The notes beneath the pieces were generated by a model. The model did not search any database. It was not told the origin of the DNA and worked only from the letters and a program-made list of their open reading frames with translations. A DNA stretch of 64,000 nucleotides from an uncultured Nitrososphaeraceae archaeon. GTDB taxonomy: Archaea; Thermoproteota; Nitrososphaeria; Nitrososphaerales; Nitrososphaeraceae. The position numbers and the translations under genes are program-made. The DNA lies in contig CAVZZA010000004.1 in the NCBI GenBank assembly GCA_963779615.1, forward strand, positions 282,399 through 346,398. The letters run 5' to 3'. Shown here piece after piece: positions 1-10,092 of this stretch. Numbering within the stretch: the first letter of the stretch is position 1; each line of letters starts with the position of its first letter.

Positions 1-4
1 AATA

Positions 5-1030
5 ATGGAGGCTTATATAGATTTTATGATATACTTAAAGGTAGTTTTTTGTGCTTTATGTCTATTTTTTATTTTATATACTCCATTGATAACTTTTGGA
101 CAACAGGATAACTCAACAATTGCAAACAACCCTACAACTAACACCAGCAACTCATTCGATCTGAGTGGATTGTATATCTCTGACAACCAAGATAAATATT
201 TTCTAAGACAAGTTGGAAATTCCTTATGGTGGATTGGAACAGATAAGGATGGTTCACATGTCATAAATATTTTCAAAGGGATTAAGGATGGAAATATTAT
301 AACAGGACAATGGATTGATTCACCACTGGGAAAAAAAATGGGTTACGGCTCATTGAACTTAATTTTGTTAGCCAATTCAACTGAAAATGTAACATTGGTA
401 AAAGTCCCTTCTAAAGATAAATTTCCGATAAACCAACTGATAAAATTTAATCCTGAAACTCAAGTTATTCCAAAATTTATGGTTATGTTAAATGGTGTAA
501 ATGTGGACATCCCAAGATCACCAATCCGTGACGTATTGTATGTTGGTTTAGGCGTGAAGGAAGATAGTAATACTCCATTAACCGCAACTAGGTATCTAGC
601 AAACAGCGATGGAAGTTCTAACATTACTTTAGACTTAAAGCTAGGACCATTTGAGCTTGACAAAAAAGATGATGGTCTTGCCATTGTGTTTATGGGGGTG
701 AATAAGGAAGACTCGAGAACTACTCCAATACTAATTAGTTTAGGAGAAACACTAGTCCAACTATTTGACCCCTCATTTGATTTCTACAGCCTATCTAACA
801 TGTATCAAACAAATCTGCTAATGCGTTCATTATCTCCTGGATTACTGTCTGGCGGATGCAACGGACTTGTTTTTGCAGACAAAATATTTTTACCATTTGA
901 GGATTTGAAAAAATCTATATCTAACGGCATTTATTCTCAAGAAAAATCCTATCTTGGGACAGAATCGCCCCCAGGATGTGGCCCGAATTCGAAATATCAA
1001 GTAAAATGGTCAGTTGTTCCAGTAGAATAA
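5..1030 (+). CDS. Secreted hypothetical protein
   Basis: 341-aa ORF with hydrophobic N-terminal signal-like segment, N/T-rich linker, then LSGLYISDNQDKYFLRQVGNSLWWIG beta-rich domain; start may be the second Met. Confidence 0.75.
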   Translation: MEAYIDFMIYLKVVFCALCLFFILYTPLITFGQQDNSTIANNPTTNTSNSFDLSGLYISDNQDKYFLRQVGNSLWWIGTDKDGSHVINIFKGIKDGNIITGQWIDSPLGKKMGYGSLNLILLANSTENVTLVKVPSKDKFPINQLIKFNPETQVIPKFMVMLNGVNVDIPRSPIRDVLYVGLGVKEDSNTPLTATRYLANSDGSSNITLDLKLGPFELDKKDDGLAIVFMGVNKEDSRTTPILISLGETLVQLFDPSFDFYSLSNMYQTNLLMRSLSPGLLSGGCNGLVFADKIFLPFEDLKKSISNGIYSQEKSYLGTESPPGCGPNSKYQVKWSVVPVE

Positions 1031-1200
1031 TGATGACTATCCGAATTATTTTCCTTTTGTGTTACTGGTTTTCTAATCCAATCCACAAATAAAGATAGTT
1101 TTGGGGCTACTCAAATAATATTTTTATAAAACAATCATCTCTAAAGACATTTGAGTAGATAGATTCGTCCTAAAAATAAATTATTATAAAGGCGTCTTGG

Positions 1201-1263
1201 GCGAAGTTGGCTTAGTCTGGTTGAGGAACAATAAGGGATCGCAGATTCAAAACCGAACTTCTC
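1201..1263 (+). pseudogene. Possible degenerate tRNA relic lacking an intact anticodon arm
   Basis: 5' GCGAAGT pairs 6/7 with 3' ACTTCTC; D-arm-like TGGCTTAGTCTGGTTGAG; T-arm-like GATCGCAGATTCAAAACC; only ~63 nt. Confidence 0.3.
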
Positions 1264-1699
1264 TTTAAACAACAATAAAAGATGGTTTTTTGACTCTAGG
1301 CGCATTTATCGCAATAGGCTAAAGTTTTAAACTTGTTGCTATATATTCAATAGGTACGTTCTACCAAAATACTTCAATTTAAAAACACCACTTCTAAAAT
1401 CAAAGAATCCATTTATAGGACCGATATCAGCACCAAGCCCTCCAAGCCAGTATGTATTCTAGTAACATTATTGGACAGCAGATACAAATGTCTCAAAGTT
1501 ACAATATTGATCTGATGCTACTTCTGTTGTTTTTTTAGGATAGGATTGTTATTTATATGTTTTATCTATACCATACAGGATAAGTAAAATTTCGAAAAAA
1601 AAGAGGTATACTCTCTTGCTCTTCTTCCTTACCAGTCACAAAAGACGATGTGTTAATATCCATATCGTATGTCTGTTAATTATCTCCCTTAGCTGTTGA

Positions 1700-2000
1700 T
1701 TATGTAACATATCGGTATCTTATCGCACTATCCATTGTGCCATTGCATCCTTCCGAAAAATTAGTTGGGAGGGGTGCTATCACATATACAGCGTTACCAT
1801 TGCTGTTTGTCATATGCAAGTTCCCACGGTATATGTTAAAAGCAATGCCTATGGGAAATGATCCCATATATATGGTGCTGTGACAGCGATTGTTCAATGG
1901 TCGATTACAGATACGGGGTTGCTAACTTGTTTGCTACATAGGTAAATCCATTATTTGAATTAGAATCAATCTCTTGGTCCGGCTCCCACTGATGATGCAT
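1700..2000 (-). pseudogene. YVTN/YncE-type beta-propeller repeat protein relic
   Basis: ORF 1700-1897 has GSFPIGIAFN..GNLHMTNSNGNAVYVI; broken upstream frames give VGAGPRD and NGFTYVAN...VSVID, a second repeat. Confidence 0.6.
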
Positions 2001-2305
2001 GATTACAGGGGCTAAAGTTTCATTTTTGACGAAGGATTGGTTTACGGACTGGCGTACTACTTTAGAATAGGATATAGTTATCCATCAGGATTTTCATGTG
2101 GCTTATGTCAAACACATTAGGTTTTTCTTTGGGTCAAGAGCGCAAGCAGGAGCCACTTATTAATGAATCCTAATTTAAATCCGGAATGTGGATCATCATA
2201 AATTATGGACTCTTTTTGCGCAGTGTTTGATTGCTACCCAATAAAGAACTATTAACTAAGATAAATACAAAATAGAATATTATCTTTTGGTATTATTTAT
2301 TGAAA

Positions 2306-2782
2306 TTAATAGTCAACAACAGTTGTCATATTTAGCAAATCAGACATTATCGCGTGTGTACCTATAATGGCCCCATCAATTATATCTGAATTGTTGTATC
2401 CGGCTATCTTCAAACAAACTTCACAAATTATTACATTTCCCCCATTATCCATAAAATTTGTTACATTGTTTGTTAATGGATTTAGGCCTAAGTATTGGTG
2501 TGGATGCTTAACACCTAGTTGCACACCTTCAATGCTTAACATTAATGTGACATTATACCCGCTATTTAGCATGGTTTGAGAGTCCAATAGGGCTATAGTA
2601 GCTCTCCAAGGTTCATCACTGCTAAGGTGATACACTAACTTTGTCTCACTACCACTTGCGGTTTTAAGGGATTCTGAATACGCCTGGTGCAATTTAGGAT
2701 TATTTGCAAACATAATCGAAAAGCAAAAAGCAAAAATAATTAACATATAAATTACCTTTATTTTGGTTTTCATTTTATTCAT
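2306..2782 (-). CDS. DsrE family protein with N-terminal signal/TM segment
   Basis: VTLMLSIEGV, GGNVIICEVCLKIAG, IIDGAIIG and terminal VVDY match the DsrE/DsrF-like pattern. Confidence 0.75.
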   Translation of the reverse strand: MNKMKTKIKVIYMLIIFAFCFSIMFANNPKLHQAYSESLKTASGSETKLVYHLSSDEPWRATIALLDSQTMLNSGYNVTLMLSIEGVQLGVKHPHQYLGLNPLTNNVTNFMDNGGNVIICEVCLKIAGYNNSDIIDGAIIGTHAIMSDLLNMTTVVDY

Positions 2783-3625
2783 ATCCCAATTTTGGATTAT
2801 TTAAGAATTTATTTGGAATTTGTCATTTAATAAAAATCAAGGGTGAAGGCTTTTAAATTAAGGAAAGCGGGAGATATCCCAAAGATACTTTCTGTTTTCT
2901 TTATTTGCTCACGAAACGGGAAACAACATCTACACAATATGATTAGACCCGTCAAATCTTGAATTATGGATTAAGGTAATCCCCTTTGTTTTTAATAATA
3001 ATGCACATAGCATGATAGGCAGAAATTTGAGAATAAGATAACATTGTATCTAGAGTAAATCTATCATTCCATCCATCTTTGTATATAATATAGGGATTCA
3101 AAAGTTAAAATAACAAATATTATGTAATAATTACAAAAAAAATATATTTTTGTGTATATCTTTTCTGTATAGATACCAGTGGAGATAGCTTTCAGAATAC
3201 CAAGGATTTAAGTAATGGTATAGATGGTTAAGCACTGAACCAAAGGATTCTAAATAAAAGATAGAAAAAGATATCTAACCTGTTAAGCAGGTCACATGGC
3301 CTTTTAAAGATGTCATAAAAGCACCTTTATCGGCCTTTAATTCTACAGGCACGCACATGAGTCATTTTTTAACGGTGAAAATGAGTCGGAAGCATGGGCC
3401 CGATAATCCTGTATGTTTTTTTAGTTCCATTCATAAATTATACTATAAAACATGCAGCAGCAGCCTACCTCTCAAACCCCGCAACAACTTGAACACAAGA
3501 TTGGCCCTCAAAATCCACATTTTCTGTTTAGATTCCACCAGACCCCCAGAAACCAAAAAAAAGATACTCACAAATTCAGGCATTTCTTGTTCATGCCTGT
3601 ACATAAAAACGTATAGAAAAGTAGA

Positions 3626-4645
3626 ATGAATGACATGAGTGAGAAATACTTTCAACTGGCTCCTGATTTGGCAATATGCAGAATAGTCAACGGCATGTGG
3701 CAAGTTGCAGGTGGACATGGACAGATTGATCGCGAGTTGGCAGTAGAAGACATGATGCGATATCATGATGCTGGCTTTACCAGTTGGGACCTAGCCGATA
3801 TTTATGGCCCGGCAGAGGATTTTGTCGGGCAGTTCAGGCGTAAGCTATTGGCGCTAAAAGGAAAAGAAGAACTCGACAGAATTCAGGCATTAACAAAATG
3901 GGTGCCACAGCCAGGAAGGATTACCCCTTCCTTCGTTAATGAAAATATAGAAAGATCACGTCGCAGGATGGGTGTTAGCTCGCTGGATTTACTTCAATTC
4001 CACTGGTGGGATTACACCAACTCGCAATACATGGATGCCCTCAAATACCTATCCGACTTGCAGGATAAAGGGATAATCAAGCACTTGGGCCTTACAAATT
4101 TTGATACCGACCGAATGCAGATCATGATAGATTCAGGAATAAAAATTGTATCAAACCAGGTTCAATATTCAATCATAGATCGCAGACCAGAGGTAAAGTT
4201 GGCACCATTTTGCCTGAAACACAACATAAGCCTCCTTGCGTATGGAAGCATCTGTGGAGGGCTTTTGTCAGAGCGCTATCTGGGAAGAATGCAGGAACCA
4301 CCTTCTGCTGAGTTAAGCACACTAAGCTTGCGAAAGTACAAGCGAATGGTAGATGCATGGGGCGGATGGAATTTGTTCCAAGGTCTTTTATCGGCTTTGG
4401 ATGTAATTGCACAAAAGTACAATGTGAGCATTGCAAATGTGGCAACCAGGTATATTCTTGACAAGCCTGCAGTAGCAGGTGTTATCATAGGTGCCAGACT
4501 TGGAATAGTTGATCACATAAGCAATAACGCGCAGGTGTTCAACCTTAGTTTGGACAAGTCAGATTGCGAAGTCATAGATTCTGCATGCACAAGGTCGAAC
4601 AACCTGTTTGAGATAATTGGGGATTGTGGTGATGAGTACAGATGA
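3626..4645 (+). CDS. Aldo/keto reductase
   Basis: GMWQ, WDLADIYGPAE, TKW, LDLLQFHWW, IKHLGLTNF, NQVQYSIIDRRP motifs. Confidence 0.92.
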   Translation: MNDMSEKYFQLAPDLAICRIVNGMWQVAGGHGQIDRELAVEDMMRYHDAGFTSWDLADIYGPAEDFVGQFRRKLLALKGKEELDRIQALTKWVPQPGRITPSFVNENIERSRRRMGVSSLDLLQFHWWDYTNSQYMDALKYLSDLQDKGIIKHLGLTNFDTDRMQIMIDSGIKIVSNQVQYSIIDRRPEVKLAPFCLKHNISLLAYGSICGGLLSERYLGRMQEPPSAELSTLSLRKYKRMVDAWGGWNLFQGLLSALDVIAQKYNVSIANVATRYILDKPAVAGVIIGARLGIVDHISNNAQVFNLSLDKSDCEVIDSACTRSNNLFEIIGDCGDEYR

Positions 4646-5167
4646 TCTTTTCCCCACTGTACCTTTATTTTAAAAAAAATACTATCCAATACCCAAATCA
4701 GAAAAAAAGGATTTGGCAAAGAAGCTGTCCGTTCCCTCCTACATGCCAGAGTCGAAGCCCCACTTGCCCGCTAATTATATGGTTTCAAATAATTTTTAAT
4801 TTCCAATGACCATAGAAAGGAAGGGGGAGGGTACAGATTATTGTCTAAAGTCACAACAATCATCACAAACATAGAGAAGAAGGTAAAGAATCAGCCAAGC
4901 ACATACAACTGATATAACAATTCTTTCATTATCCGACCTACACCATCGACACGTCAGAAAAATATCGAAATGTTCCTATAGTTAAGCACTAAATGGCATC
5001 TGGAATGAACTTCGCCTCAATCAGGACGAATGCATCCAAAACACCCAGACCTTGGTTAACAACGATCATAAACTATTCAGGCAGGCAAGCAGGCAGGCAG
5101 GCTGCCAAGGGTATAGACCACATATTAAGGATGGAAATTTATTATCTGCACTTATATCTCCTAAAAC

Positions 5168-6475
5168 ATGACCATAGCATTATTTCCAACAAACAAGCCA
5201 TTATTAATATTGGTTTCAATAGTGTTGGCAGGAGCCTTTTTATTCGGATATCCATTGCATCAAACCGTTGTAGCTATAGCACAATCACCGCAGTTACCAT
5301 CATCACTTCCACCACACACACAATCATCAGAACAACATACCCTACCTTCCAACACCTTATTTCACAACACTACTCTCACCAACATTACCAGCACCACATA
5401 CAACACTATCAACGGCACCACCATATTCAATTTACAAAGCCATCTCCTTAACTTGGTATTCAACAAAGTCCAAAATTCCATAGTTCAGATAACCTCTAAA
5501 ATACCCTCATCGCCTCCCCCCTCATCATCCGCCCCCGACATTCCACAGCCAAACCCGCCTTCAAATACTAATCCTAATGAAGACAAAAATGCAACCGCTT
5601 TGGGTTCGGGCTTTGTATATGACACTAAAGGGCACATAATTACCAATTATCATGTGGTTAGCAATGCCAAAACAGTTGATGTCACATTTATAGACGGAAA
5701 TAGGTATACCGCCTCAATAGTGGGCAATGACACACTTGGCGATTTGGCGGTTTTAAAGATTGTGGAAAAATTGAACAAACCAATTGTTCCTCTCAGCATT
5801 GCCAATTCGTCAGGCCTTAGGGTAGGAGACCAGGTGATAGCGATAGGAAACCCCTATGGTTTAGAGAACACCATGACAACAGGGATAGTAAGCCAAACAG
5901 GACGCCTAATCCAAGAGCCTTCTGGCATATCAATCACCGATGCCATTCAAACGGATGCATCAATAAATCCGGGTAACTCAGGAGGCCCTCTGCTAAACCC
6001 AAAGGGACAGGTTATTGGAATAAACACAGCAGGAGAATCTGAAAGGGTAGCATTTGCAGTGTCTTCCAACACCGTCTTAAAGGAAGTTCCTGTTCTTATA
6101 CAAAGGGGGAGCTTTACTCACTCTTATATTGGAATGAATGGCACCACACTCACCTCCGACCTAGCTGCGCAATTTAGCAACATACCAAAGACTTTCACGG
6201 GAGTGTATGTCAACACAATTGTAAAGGGTGGGCCAGCTGATGAGGCGGGACTGCGCGGCGTTACAACAGACTATTACGGCCAAAAGCACGGTGGGGACAT
6301 AATTACAGCAGTCAATAACCAAAACATAACAAAAATAGACAAATTAGTTACGTTCATCGATCAGCACACTAGGCCTGGAGATGCAATATCATTAACGGTA
6401 TATAGAGATGGGCATCATACAGATTTTAAGGTAAACACTGTAGCAAGGCCTTTATCATCACTATCCCCTCAATAA
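5168..6475 (+). CDS. HtrA/DegP-like S1C serine protease with PDZ domain
   Basis: GSGFV, ITNYHVV, DLAVLK, IQTDASINPGNSGGPL catalytic motifs; C-terminal PDZ (GGPADEAGL..GDIITAVN); N-terminal TM. Confidence 0.95.
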   Translation: MTIALFPTNKPLLILVSIVLAGAFLFGYPLHQTVVAIAQSPQLPSSLPPHTQSSEQHTLPSNTLFHNTTLTNITSTTYNTINGTTIFNLQSHLLNLVFNKVQNSIVQITSKIPSSPPPSSSAPDIPQPNPPSNTNPNEDKNATALGSGFVYDTKGHIITNYHVVSNAKTVDVTFIDGNRYTASIVGNDTLGDLAVLKIVEKLNKPIVPLSIANSSGLRVGDQVIAIGNPYGLENTMTTGIVSQTGRLIQEPSGISITDAIQTDASINPGNSGGPLLNPKGQVIGINTAGESERVAFAVSSNTVLKEVPVLIQRGSFTHSYIGMNGTTLTSDLAAQFSNIPKTFTGVYVNTIVKGGPADEAGLRGVTTDYYGQKHGGDIITAVNNQNITKIDKLVTFIDQHTRPGDAISLTVYRDGHHTDFKVNTVARPLSSLSPQ

Positions 6476-6759
6476 CCAAAACCAAAACCAACAGAACAGG
6501 GATAACAAATACATAGACAAGGTCAAACAAACCATGACATTGAACCAACACCGTCTATGCAATAGTAGGCGGTTCTGAAACTCCACATATAGATACGCTA
6601 TGGATGGACAAGATATTGGGGTTAACAGGGCAGGAGGAGGTTACAAATGGTGTTGGGCTTTGGTGTCGGTGGCCGCCATGGTAAATCTAATTTGAAAAGG
6701 CGGCGCCCAACAACCAATGGCGTTATTTGGGACTTTTTTCCATGTGCAACGATTTTTAA

Positions 6760-7200
6760 TCATTGAACAGATTCTATTGCGGTCATTACATTTTTTGCTA
6801 CTGTTTGCCAATTTGGGAATTGGAAACTGGATGGTTGTACAAAAATTCAAAATAATCCTTACAAACAGGTATACGGGTTCATGATGATGAAATACACAAA
6901 GATCTTGGTTTTTGGCTTGAATAGCCTAAGAAGCAGCCAAATTACAATATTAGATTCACCCCCAAGAATCCAAAATGACAACATCGGGGCATTTGGCAAA
7001 ACCTGTCAAAGCAATATATGTGTCGGCTATAATTTTACCTGGTATTTTTTTGCAGAGTAGTGGTTGTCTATCGTCAAAACAGTATAGCAACCACTTTTGT
7101 CTATAAGGTCTGCAACTTTTTTCATCCAGAGAAATCCCCCAGCGTAATTCTTTAAACTCGACGGATAAGCAAAGAATAATAACTCTATTTGTTTTGCGTT
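6760..7200 (-). pseudogene. Probable glycosyltransferase (GT4-like) relic with internal deletion
   Basis: Manual translation across frameshifts: LFFAYPSSLKNYAGGFLWMKKVAD / PDVVILDSWGESN / VFHHHEP / FPNWQTVAKNVMTAIE*, resembling GT-B N- and C-termini without the middle. Confidence 0.45.
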
Positions 7201-7456
7201 GCTTTTAATCCTCCTAGTAGTTATGTTTAATTCTAAAGAACACTTATTTTATAATTGTTATTGCTATAGTCAAGATAATCAATAGTGTGAACAAGTTGAC
7301 ATAAGAATTTGATATAAGAATTAAAGAAAACAAATAATAAATTAAAATTTTTGGATAACCGCCAATTCACATAGGAGAAAGGCGAACGGTGACAAATATC
7401 ATTATATGGCGTTCATATTTTTTTATACTGGACCCTAGAAAAAGAGATTTGAACAC

Positions 7457-9151
7457 TCATTGGTTCTTTGGTAGGATGTTTGTTGAGATGTTTTCCAGGT
7501 ACATCTGTATGTGGGGCTCCAAACTCCAGATTTGTTCCTTTTCAAAAAGATGCCCATATCTTTGTGAGCTCCCAACAAGCTCTCTCTTTTTCAATTTGTC
7601 CAAATAACTAGAGTCTACTAGGGATTCTGTAAAACCATTTTTCCTGGCCAAAGCATTGAGGGTGTTGTGCACTCCAGAACCATGCTGAGCGGCTTCTTTT
7701 ATCCTGTATGCAATTTCTTTTGGAATTCCTATTTTTTCTGCCAGTCTGCGGTGAACTCTTTTTCCCAGGTTGTCATAATTCTTGCCATCGTTTTGGATAT
7801 TGAGTCGTGGGTCTATTCTTAATACCGTGTCTATAAGGTTAGTGTCCAGAAATGGTTCGCGCAACTCAATACTTTGGGACATGGTTATTTTATCCTCCCT
7901 TTCCAATGTTTCTTTATAGAGTAACTTAAGGTCCTCTATCAGGTACCCCTGAATTTTCTCATACCCGTGTTTTTTAACAATTTTAGAATACCATGAATAT
8001 CCGCCAAAAAGCTCATCAGCCCCCTGACCGGTAAGCATCACACGAATTCCCTGTTCATGAGCCAACTTGACGGCGCCATATATTGGGATTGCAACCTCAA
8101 CCTGTCCCATATTGTCATCTTCAATTATGTTGATTATTTTTGGGATTGTGTTTTCAACATCGCTTTCAGTCATCTGTTCTACTTCCAATTTCAGACCAAG
8201 TTTTTCCGCTATCTCCAGTGAGTTGAGGATATCGCTTGAATCCTTGATTCCGGATGTGTAACAAATAACTTCTGGAGCCATCTGTTTTGCCAAATACGCT
8301 ACAATTACACTATCAATTCCACCAGAGAAAACGATACCGATTTTTTTAAAGTCACCTACACGTTTTCGCATAGATTCAACTAATGTGTCACCATATGCAT
8401 TAACTGCCGAGTCGATGTCTGTATACAGGATTGAATATTTCTCGCATATTGATTTTTTTGTATTTACAGAAATTGGAAATAATTTAGTCTTGAAACTGGA
8501 GGATCCGTCATTATGAGAAATGACCAGCGCATAGCCTGGCAAAAGTCTTTTAATTTGATCGGACATAGCAATTTTCCATAACGCTTTTCTTTCTGATGCA
8601 AATGCAATGAAATCACTACTTTCACCATAGTAAATTTGTCTTACTCCAATGCCATCTCGCACAAGCACAATGTTCCCTGTGGCTTGCTCTCTAATTGCCA
8701 AAACATAAATGCCATCAAGCTGGGAAACGGTTCTTTTTATGGCTTCGATCAGATCGCCGTTAGTGTTTTGGTAATGGTCCTCAAGAAGGTGAACAATAAC
8801 TTCACTATCGGTCGAGGTAGAGAAAGTATGATGTGACGAAAGGCTCTTTCTGATTTCTTTGTAGTTGTATATCTCACCATTATGCTCTAGAACGAGTTTT
8901 TTATCACAACTCATAAATGGTTGCTGACCACAGGAACCACCAACTATCGCCAAACGACTGTGACCTAATACGTCATGCCCCTCTACCTGTGAAAGCAATA
9001 GATTATCAAAGGTATCTGAATAAACTATTTGATCCCCCGTAGACAAACCCATCCCATCTGGACCTCGATTTTTCATGCAGGATAGCATTTTTCCTATCAA
9101 TGGGGCAACATTTCTCTCTTTTTTACTTAAAATTCCAACAATTCCACACAT
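7457..9151 (-). CDS. asnB: Asparagine synthase (glutamine-hydrolysing)-like amidotransferase
   Basis: N-terminal MCGIVG nucleophile, RGPD, HSRLAI, HNGEIYN, SGGIDS, TGQGADELFGGY, REPFLD. Confidence 0.9.
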   Translation of the reverse strand: MCGIVGILSKKERNVAPLIGKMLSCMKNRGPDGMGLSTGDQIVYSDTFDNLLLSQVEGHDVLGHSRLAIVGGSCGQQPFMSCDKKLVLEHNGEIYNYKEIRKSLSSHHTFSTSTDSEVIVHLLEDHYQNTNGDLIEAIKRTVSQLDGIYVLAIREQATGNIVLVRDGIGVRQIYYGESSDFIAFASERKALWKIAMSDQIKRLLPGYALVISHNDGSSSFKTKLFPISVNTKKSICEKYSILYTDIDSAVNAYGDTLVESMRKRVGDFKKIGIVFSGGIDSVIVAYLAKQMAPEVICYTSGIKDSSDILNSLEIAEKLGLKLEVEQMTESDVENTIPKIINIIEDDNMGQVEVAIPIYGAVKLAHEQGIRVMLTGQGADELFGGYSWYSKIVKKHGYEKIQGYLIEDLKLLYKETLEREDKITMSQSIELREPFLDTNLIDTVLRIDPRLNIQNDGKNYDNLGKRVHRRLAEKIGIPKEIAYRIKEAAQHGSGVHNTLNALARKNGFTESLVDSSYLDKLKKRELVGSSQRYGHLFEKEQIWSLEPHIQMYLENISTNILPKNQ

Positions 9152-9236
9152 CTTAAAAATTTCCTAAACAGTACTTATTGATGAACAAAATATAAAAGGA
9201 ACCATCATTTTCTCTCCGTGGTGTTCTTAAACAATT

Positions 9237-9899
9237 TTATTTTATAAAATCAAGGACACCCATCATGTCCGGTATGTTTACCTGGTTTTTTGCCTCGTTT
9301 ATAAATTTATCCTTGGGCATAAATGCAATACCTGTTCCAGCCTGTTTTATCATGCACAAATCGCCTTTAGTATCGCCAATAGCAATTGTGTTTTCAATGT
9401 CTACACCGTATCTTTCTGCATGCGTTTCCATGTGGTATCTCTTACACACCGAATTCTTGCAAAAACAGCCTATTTTATCCCACCCCAACGGCATATCTAT
9501 GTCTCCGGTAACTATCCCGTTAGCCTCTTTCAAGTGATTTGCGCAAAAAAAATCCAAATCAAGCTTGTTAGCCAAGGTTTGAGCAGCAATACTGTAACTA
9601 TCTGTAATTATTCCTATTTTGAACCCTTTGTTCTTTAATAACGATATCACCTCCAGGCTGTTCTTTGCTAGGGGGATAGACTCCAACGCAATCACTATTT
9701 CCCTTTCCTCCATTCCCTTTAGGACAGAAGCTATCCTATGAGTTTTGACATAGCCTGAGATGGATTCATCAGACTGGATCTGTTTGACCTGACCGTGTAA
9801 TCCAAACTTTTTTGACAGGACCTCAATTAGCCTGCCGTTAATGAGAGTCCCATCCATATCAAAAACAGCTAACTTAGATTTAAGTTCCATAGGATACAA
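9237..9899 (-). CDS. HAD-IB (phosphoserine phosphatase-like) hydrolase
   Basis: FDMDGTL motif I, IITDS motif II, IAIGDTKGD motif IV. Confidence 0.88.
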   Translation of the reverse strand: MYPMELKSKLAVFDMDGTLINGRLIEVLSKKFGLHGQVKQIQSDESISGYVKTHRIASVLKGMEEREIVIALESIPLAKNSLEVISLLKNKGFKIGIITDSYSIAAQTLANKLDLDFFCANHLKEANGIVTGDIDMPLGWDKIGCFCKNSVCKRYHMETHAERYGVDIENTIAIGDTKGDLCMIKQAGTGIAFMPKDKFINEAKNQVNIPDMMGVLDFIK

Positions 9900-10092
9900 T
9901 AAACAAAGTATTTACCGGGTATTACTATTTAGCGCCAGATAGACAGCCATGAAGCTTCATTTGGTTTAAAAGAGGCATCCAAAATATTTAATTCGAGCGT
10001 TTGTGATTGCCTGTTGACTATCAAGGTAGAAGGCCTCTAAAGCGCTGCTTCAGTTATTACTTTTTGATCAATTTTTTGTATGTTATTAATAA

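Noticed and set aside
4993-5451. 152-aa His/Gln-rich ORF with a CAGG microsatellite
   Set aside because: Alternative frame overlapping the HtrA N-terminus; no independent support
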